A DNA stretch of 64,000 nt from Promethearchaeota archaeon (GTDB taxonomy: Archaea > Asgardarchaeota > Lokiarchaeia > Sigyniarchaeales > SOKP01), in assembly GCA_016840085.1 (NCBI GenBank), contig JAEOTA010000012.1:64001-128000 (forward strand). Direction: 5' to 3'. The position numbers and the translations under genes are program-made. The notes under the pieces were generated by a model. It was not told the origin of the DNA and searched no databases. It was given only the letters and a program-made list of their open reading frames with translations. Below, one piece after another: positions 62,314-64,000 of this stretch. Every line of letters starts with the position of its first letter. Position 1 is the first letter of the stretch.

Positions 62314-62797
62314 TTTAGAACAGTTCTGTATTAATAAGCACGCGTTTTATGAGAAAATAGTTGAAATTATATCAAGAAACTATGGATGGGTTAATTTTAA
62401 AAAAGCCGTATTTGACTCGGAAGTGGAAAGGGATTATGCGTTATTTGAACTTGAGCAGGAGTTTGGAGTTGCAGGTAAAGAGATAAAAGAATTTCAAAAT
62501 GATGCAAAGGTGCTTTATGAGACATTTCGAGAGCTAATTTTTCCCGATAAAGAATTATCTGTAAAAGAGCAAAAAAAATTAAAAGACCTGTTATTAGAAA
62601 TAATTTTATTAGATGAATCAGAAATATATTATCTTGTAGGAATTTCAACCACTTCAATTCTTAAAAAACAGCGAAGAGAAACCTTTAAGGAGCTTGAAAA
62701 TATTTCAAAGCTAAAAAATCCATATATAAAACAAAAACTCAAAAAAGTATACAAAATTGATAACAAGATAAATAAAATATTTCTAAAGAAAGTATAA
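62291..62797 (+). CDS. Hypothetical protein
   Basis: 168-aa ORF overlapping the end of the wHTH gene. Confidence 0.6.
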   Translation: MDNLYEIDLEQFCINKHAFYEKIVEIISRNYGWVNFKKAVFDSEVERDYALFELEQEFGVAGKEIKEFQNDAKVLYETFRELIFPDKELSVKEQKKLKDLLLEIILLDESEIYYLVGISTTSILKKQRRETFKELENISKLKNPYIKQKLKKVYKIDNKINKIFLKKV

Positions 62798-62799
62798 AA

Positions 62800-63102
62800 T
62801 CAATCCTCTTTTTTCTGTATATCGACAGCAATCATTTGCCCCTCTTTTAAATTGAACAATTCTACGATCTCTTTCTTCACAGTAATACCTCTAGAGGTTT
62901 GACCCGCTTTCACAACTGTGCTGGGCATAGGTATTACAGGATCTAATTCCTTCATTTTGTTCCCTTCTTCAAATATTCCATAAATAAATATTTTTAGTGT
63001 ATCCCCAGAATTAATATTTAAACTTTCTCTAACAGTAGGAGAAATCAAAAACCTGAGTGATTTCCCTTTTGGGTTTTTTAATGATACTATATCTTTCATC
63101 AT
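62800..63102 (-). CDS. Tandem AbrB/MazE-like DNA-binding protein
   Basis: GKSLRFLISPTVRESLNINSGD and GQTSRGITVKKEIVELFNLKEGQ. Confidence 0.75.
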   Translation of the reverse strand: MMKDIVSLKNPKGKSLRFLISPTVRESLNINSGDTLKIFIYGIFEEGNKMKELDPVIPMPSTVVKAGQTSRGITVKKEIVELFNLKEGQMIAVDIQKKED

Positions 63103-63116
63103 ACCAATTTTTTTGT

Positions 63117-63136
63117 TTGTTACATATTGTTACATA
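63117..63136. promoter_or_regulatory. Perfect 10-bp tandem repeat (ttgttacata x2), candidate operator
   Basis: Lies 14 nt upstream of the AbrB-like gene start. Confidence 0.45.
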
Positions 63137-63239
63137 ATTATTTTACGATACTTATAAAGATAATCCCCTTATTTCTCAAGCACACTCCGACAAAGCCCGA
63201 CTCTATCTTGCGAATACCAGATAAAGAATGACAAAAAGC

Positions 63240-63470
63240 TCAAAATATTTATATATGTATTCTTATATTTATAATAATAAATAAAAGATTTCTATTATCG
63301 ATCTTTCCATATAAAACTCTATAAAGGTTATTAAATTGGAAAATATATACCATCCATCCAATCTGTCAGCATCTCATCTGTCGGCATCTTCCAGAGGCAA
63401 AAACTTCCTTGTTTTTCGGGAGTTAGAAGATTACAATATGGGGGGACGCCCATTCCCCCCATATTACGAA
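63240..63470. other. Candidate replication origin upstream of orc1/cdc6
   Basis: AT-rich tract, 14-bp direct repeat (63361-63374 and 63376-63389), ORB-like ttccagaggcaaaa at about 63389, and a perfect 12-bp G/C-run inverted repeat at 63435-63465. Confidence 0.5.
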
Positions 63471-63529
63471 TCGATAATTAAGAAAATCTTTTTTTTAATA
63501 ATTTAATAAATTTATAAGGAGAGTCAATT

Positions 63530-64000
63530 TTGGGAAAGGAACATAATAAAGGGTTGTTGTGTGGTAGGTTTTTTGACTCTGTATTGAGAAGAGACTCTTT
63601 AATTAAAGAAGAAAAATTTTTAAGTATTGATTATCCTACAAGAATATTACATCGAGACGACAAATTAAATGAATTAGCTCTTCTTTATTCGTCTATGATA
63701 ACTCATGCAGGGTCTAGAGGCATAAATCAGATTGTATTAGGCGAGCGAGGGATTGGAAAAACGGCAACAGTAAGATATTTCGGCACAGAGTTAGAGAATA
63801 CAGCTTTAAGAAAAGGTATTAACCTTAAATACCTTCATATTAATTGTCGAAAAGAACGAACAGAATATAAAGCCTTAGTGAAAATTAACAAGCTTATTAA
63901 TAATCAGATTGCTAGTCGGGGTTATTCCCCACAAGATTTATTAGATTTTATCTATGATCATCTTGAAAAGGAAAATATGTTTCTTTTATTAGTTCTAGAT
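63530..64000 (+). CDS. cdc6: Orc1/Cdc6 replication initiator (partial, runs off the window; absent from the ORF track)
   Basis: TTG start after AGGAG. Translation contains LSIDYPTRILHRD, Walker A GERGIGKT, HINCR, RGYS and ends in Walker B LLLVLD. Confidence 0.92.
   Translation, partial: MGKEHNKGLLCGRFFDSVLRRDSLIKEEKFLSIDYPTRILHRDDKLNELALLYSSMITHAGSRGINQIVLGERGIGKTATVRYFGTELENTALRKGINLKYLHINCRKERTEYKALVKINKLINNQIASRGYSPQDLLDFIYDHLEKENMFLLLVLD

Larger units (their letters stand above)
42505..64000. mobile_element. Putative integrated or plasmid-like element with Tad-like pilus, HerA/VirB4 ATPase and Orc1/Cdc6 (extends beyond the window)
   Basis: Begins where a host-type gene is truncated. Mostly orphan ORFs, RHH/AbrB/TrmB regulators, secretion ATPases and an initiator; no housekeeping genes. 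No integrase seen in this stretch. Confidence 0.6.

Overview
AT-rich archaeal window. The gene content (Rab- and Arf-like GTPases, roadblock proteins, TFB paralogs, RpoE'/Spt4) points to an Asgard archaeon, most likely Lokiarchaeia; this is an inference. About 1-34.8 kb is chromosomal backbone: transcription genes, a ThDP E1 alpha/beta pair, a class I aldolase, Acs, a GH1 glycosidase and several eukaryotic-signature-type proteins. About 35.4-42.5 kb is a mosaic island. It is bracketed by a 50-bp direct repeat taken from inside a TFB-like gene, and that gene has itself lost its 5' end at about 42.5 kb. From about 42.5 kb to the window end lies a probable integrated or plasmid-like element. It has RHH, AbrB and TrmB-type regulators and a co-oriented minus-strand cluster: GspF/TadBC platform, an unannotated leaderless Flp-like pilin, membrane proteins, a membrane-anchored HerA/VirB4-type ATPase and a TadA/VirB11-type ATPase. 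It ends in an origin-like intergenic region and a partial Orc1/Cdc6 gene that the ORF track missed. The best candidate for a new system is this coupling of a Tad-like pilus with a DNA translocase on an Orc1-bearing element. All protein calls come from reading motifs by eye; no searches were run. Some junctions could be assembly artefacts.
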